Of a DNA stretch of 64,000 nucleotides, positions 60,146 through 64,000 are shown one piece after another. Position 1 is the stretch's first letter, and every line of letters starts with the position of its first letter. The notes beneath the pieces were generated by a model, which saw only the letters and a program-made list of their open reading frames with translations, ran no database searches and was not told the DNA's origin. A program made the translations under genes and the position numbers. The DNA is taken from assembly GCA_965112735.1 (NCBI GenBank), contig OZ218960.1, positions 806,001 to 870,000 on the forward strand. The letters run 5' to 3'. This DNA comes from Phaeosaccion multiseriatum. Lineage: Eukaryota > Protista > Ochrophyta, other classes.

Positions 60146-60531
60146 GTGGGGCCAAAAAGTGCCACTCCACCAATTTATATTATAGGGAGGCCCTGCTACT
60201 AGCTCTCCTTCCTTTCCTCCATCGTCACTCAGAATCTACGTAATATAGGACACACCAACGCGAGGGGGGGGGGGGGGGGATTCGAGGCCTTCCAACATCC
60301 CCAATGCCTATCCCATGACCTTCCAACACTAGCACCAACTTTTCTGCAACAAAACCCTACCCGGTAACGTCCGTCCATAGCTGAGGCACCAACAAAAGCG
60401 GTATCGGGCCAAGGAGACAAGCGGCCCCAACACACATGCATAGAGGGGGACACCCAGCCACTCACTCACTCACCTCACTCGCCCGCAAACTTGACCTATT
60501 CTAAACGACGCGCTGTGCCCTGCTTTCAGGC

Positions 60532-61191
60532 TTACTTGCAATTGAATCTGCCGTCGCAAAAAATCTGCAGCAGGACGCCTAAGAGTACGGGTATGCCAAA
60601 CGTGCTCAGCAGCGAGACGCCCGTGTAGCGCAACAGCAGGCGAAGGGTCTCGTCTGCCCGGTGCCTCCAAACTCTCACAGCGCTGATCAAGATTGGCACG
60701 GGATAGAAAACCGCCCACACGACAAACAGCTTTGTGAGCACGACATCTTCGGAGCCGGGTGCATCAAATGCCATCAAGCTGGCAATCATCACCCCCGGCC
60801 AGACCACTAAACTGCACACCAGAAGACCGTTAAGGAGGAAGAGGAACGCTTTCGTTGCTTGAACCCTCGCCGATGGCAGACTGGCGCCTCCGCGCCGGCC
60901 CCTCATCCTATCGGAGAGCTCGTCACCTGAGCGCAGAAGAGCCTGATAGTCGATCTGCTCGCCCCCTTCAACATCTACATGCTCCCCAGCACGTCTCTCC
61001 ATCGCCCCGCCGTCTCGGCAGTGGCCTTGAGGGCGCTCTGGCTGGGCCTTGATCGACCTCCACCTTTCGGACCAGTCTTCTTCGTCCTGCTTCGCGTCCT
61101 CGCCGCCTTCTCCTCCTCCTCCCTCGCCGCCACCTGTTGTCCCTGCACAGGGCCAGGCCCCTCTGCAAGGTCTCGTACCCACCAGCAGCAC
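60532..61191 (-). CDS. Small 3-TM membrane protein with MAFDAPGS motif, copy 1 (termini may be spliced)
   Basis: Hydrophobic helices around WPG...SLMAFDAPGSE...WAVFYPVP; close paralogue at 63740-64000. Confidence 0.7.
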   Translation of the reverse strand: MLLVGTRPCRGAWPCAGTTGGGEGGGGEGGEDAKQDEEDWSERWRSIKAQPERPQGHCRDGGAMERRAGEHVDVEGGEQIDYQALLRSGDELSDRMRGRRGGASLPSARVQATKAFLFLLNGLLVCSLVVWPGVMIASLMAFDAPGSEDVVLTKLFVVWAVFYPVPILISAVRVWRHRADETLRLLLRYTGVSLLSTFGIPVLLGVLLQIFCDGRFNCK

Positions 61192-61855
61192 CTTTAAGTA
61201 AACCGCACCCTCGGAGGATTCAGCTTTTCACATGGCATCTCCCAGGCTCCTTGTGCTGCCCCAGCAATACCATACGGTCAGGAACGATCCAGGAATTTTT
61301 TATTCGAAGGAAGCTACTAGCTACACCTGCTGACGAGAGGAGGGAAGCCGAGAGGCTTGGAAGGGAGGAAAATGCGAACAAGCAGACCAGATAAGGTGTC
61401 GTGTGTCTCTTCTCTACTGTGTAGGGACGTTGCGAGGAAACAGAGGCCAGAGCGGAGGGAAGGAGAGGGGAGGGGAAATAACAAAAAACAAGGAAGGAAA
61501 GGACTCCACCGCCGTCTCTCAGCATGGCCTCGGCTTCTCTCAGCCTCCTCCCAGCCCTTCCTCTCCACTGCCCCACCCATACCTGCTGCTGCTTGGGGCA
61601 GGAGTGGAGAAGAAAGAGGAAAATATATTGACTTAATAGTGCAGTGCAAGTTGGTCGTTCAGAACAGGGTTTGACAAGACTTCCCCTGCAGCCCCACCCT
61701 CTCTGTTTAATACCTCATCTGCATTACGGCCCATAATCCCTTCCTTTTGCTGCGACAGACACTCAAGCATAGCGGGAGGCATCGTCGACGGGCAGCATAC
61801 ACCCCATGCCAGAGGGAGAGGGAGGGAGAGGCAGCGCCTGGGCAGCGGGGAAGGC

Positions 61856-62877
61856 GTGGAAGGTGATGCCGCGGATGCTGCTGATGAAGCCGCTGCTGTA
61901 CAGGAGGAGGACTACGTTGCCAGCGTCAAGGCCTTGGGGATGGAGGAGGTCCTGGGGAGAGTCATGCCCCTGGTAGGGGAAGGCCCACCGCATCTTCGTC
62001 GCCAGCGTGTGCAAGGAGTGGCAAGAGCACTACCGCATGGCCCACAACCCAGTCGATACTGCCCTCTTAGCGTGGTGGGGTCTGTTCAGCGCGTGCGGTG
62101 GGCCAAGGGGTGTGGGTACGAGCTGGGTGTGGGTACGAGCTGGTCGGCAGCAGAGTTCGGAGATGTGAGCGTGTGCGAGGAGCTTCATCTGCCCCTAGGA
62201 TGAAGACGTCTGTAAGGCTGCTGTTAGGAATGCAAGGCAGGGGCTACGTGTCCTCAAGTGGCTGCGATCCGAGGACCCCCCCAAAGAGAAGGAGCCCTGT
62301 CCTTGGTCGGGAAGATGGTATCTGTGGTGAAGCTGGCAAGTGCGGCAATGTGGAGGTTCTGGAGTGGCTTCTGTCTGACGAGTGCGACGTATTGCTCGGA
62401 GGATCGATGTGATTGGAAGCGGTGTAGGCGGGACGTATTACCGTGTTGGAAATGCTTGTGCCCCACCCCAAGCTCAGAGCTCAGCTGAAGGCGACCGAGC
62501 GAAACAGGATGCCATACTGGGCTAAGAACTGGCATGACTGGGAGCCGGACAGGAGAAAAAGATTGTGGAGAGGCGGGGCTTGGCGGGCAGCCACTGAGGG
62601 CAATATGGAAGTGCTGCAATGGCTGCATGCAAACGCACGGGAGCTGTGCAGGTGGGATGCAGATGTCTGTAAGAGCGCAGTTCGTGACGCCAAGAGCCTC
62701 TCCATGCTGAAATGGCTCCGATCGGAGGTGGTCATGTGTCCCTGGGACGAGGTCGCATGCCCACGGGTGATGAAATACTGGTGGCGCGGTGAATGGGGTA
62801 TTGTGCCCCCTTCCGCCTTTGAGGAGATGACGCAGTGGGTGCACGCCAACGGACACCCCTGCGGCTGCCAGGACTGA
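61856..62877 (+). pseudogene. Frameshifted ankyrin-repeat protein (CPWD-type repeats, F-box-like N-terminus)
   Basis: FVASVCKEW, DEDVCKAAV...VLKWLRS, GNVEVLEWL, GNMEVLQWLHAN...WDADVC, LKWLRS...CPWDE lie in different frames; 17-bp tandem duplication at 62108-62141; in-frame stops near 62410-62427. Confidence 0.75.
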
Positions 62878-63601
62878 CCTCGGGAACGTCATCCACTTCC
62901 GAGGGACTCCGTTCTCTCCGCGGCGGAAGGGGGAAAGAAGGGAGAGTGTCTCTCTCGTGCGCTGCCGTCTGTGAGCGCGGACGAGGCGGGTGGGAGGAGG
63001 GCGGGGACTCTCCGTGGGCTGGCCTCGGACAGACAAAGGGGAGGGAGGCCGCTCAGAGTGGGCGCTGCGTGGCGGGGATGGCACCAGGTGGGGCAGCAGC
63101 CCCTGCCGTGAAGCCCCCCCCGCTGCGGCAGCAAGAGAACAGAGACGCGTGTAGTTCTAAGAGTGGGATTCCGCTGTCGGCGGTGGGGAGAGAGGAGCGC
63201 GATGATACATTGATAAACACTGACTCTCTCTTGCTCACTCTACACCTACTTTCCTCTCTGTCTATTCACGCAAAAATACATGATTCCTACAACAGCGGGA
63301 CCGCATGCACGAGCAAAAATGAAATCAAATGATCGCCCCAAGACCCCACGTGTCCGCCTCGAGCGGCAGTAGGCAATAGCTCGTCGTCACAAGAGTCGGA
63401 GGAGCAGCACTCAGACCAGCAGTAGGAGCACCGGATCTTGCGTGCCTTTGAATTAAAATTAAAGCAAGTCCTTGCGAAACATGGGCACTTGCAACCAAGC
63501 CCTTGCAACCGACCTGCAGCAGGATTTAAAAAAAAAAACACCTGCCCGGTTCAACACGTCCAGCTGAGGCACCGCATCGGGCCAAGGAGACAAGCCGCCC
63601 C

Positions 63602-63640
<39 letters not shown>

Positions 63641-63739
63641 ATCTATATACATACACACAGAGAGGGGGGCGAGGACACTCGCTCACCCACCCACCCACTC
63701 ACCCACACCCGCGCACTACACACTCGCTCACTCACCCAC

Positions 63740-64000
63740 TCACCCACTCATATTGCAATTGAAGTTGCCGCCGCAAAAAAAACCCAGCAGGGAGCCTAAG
63801 AGTACAGGTATGCCAAACGTGCTCAGCAGCGAGACGCCCGTGTAGCGCAACAGCCGGCGAAGGGTCTCGTCTGCCCGGTGCCTATAGACTCCCCCAGCGC
63901 TGATCAAGAGCGGCACCGGATAGAAAACTGCCCACAAGACTGTCAACCAACTGAGAGGGTTTTTCTCAGAGCCAGGTGAATCAAAGGCCATGACGCTGAA
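63740..64000 (-). CDS. Small membrane protein with MAFDSPGS motif, copy 2 (5' part outside window)
   Basis: WAVFYPVP...RHRADETLR.LLRYTGVSLLSTFGIPVLLG nearly identical to copy 1. Confidence 0.72.
   Translation of the reverse strand, partial: FSVMAFDSPGSEKNPLSWLTVLWAVFYPVPLLISAGGVYRHRADETLRRLLRYTGVSLLSTFGIPVLLGSLLGFFCGGNFNCNMSG

Overview
Eukaryotic nuclear DNA from a photosynthetic stramenopile (ochrophyte). This is inferred from a nuclear psbM and other proteins carrying bipartite 'ASAF' plastid presequences. Genes are dense, have GT-AG introns and are packed with microsatellites, so most six-frame ORFs are repeat artefacts. About 17 spliced or intronless genes were reconstructed by eye: LMBRD2-like (3' part), MsrA, a divergent proteasome alpha subunit, CRAMP1/TKI1-like, FAM210-like, psbM, DENND10/FAM45, an unknown plastid membrane protein, a GT-A glycosyltransferase, PPR, MAF1, thaumatin-like, TRM6, an atypical TxH MAP kinase and a CLN5-like membrane protein. 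The last 8 kb is an accessory block with an intact Crypton tyrosine-recombinase element, two paralogous small membrane proteins and an ankyrin pseudogene. Most notable: (1) a dispersed 16-17 bp word, GCAGTTGGTGATACAG(C), is present in 8-9 exact copies plus variants on both strands, in exons (two reading frames), introns, a 3' UTR and an intergenic region, and no annotated feature explains it; (2) MsrA has its catalytic residue as an in-frame TGA (selenocysteine, G-U-F-W) in an 18-nt microexon, with a candidate long-apex SECIS; (3) the Crypton has unusually elaborate ends; (4) the membrane-anchored CLN5 homologue appears to lack two of three catalytic residues. All family calls come from recalled motifs, not database searches.
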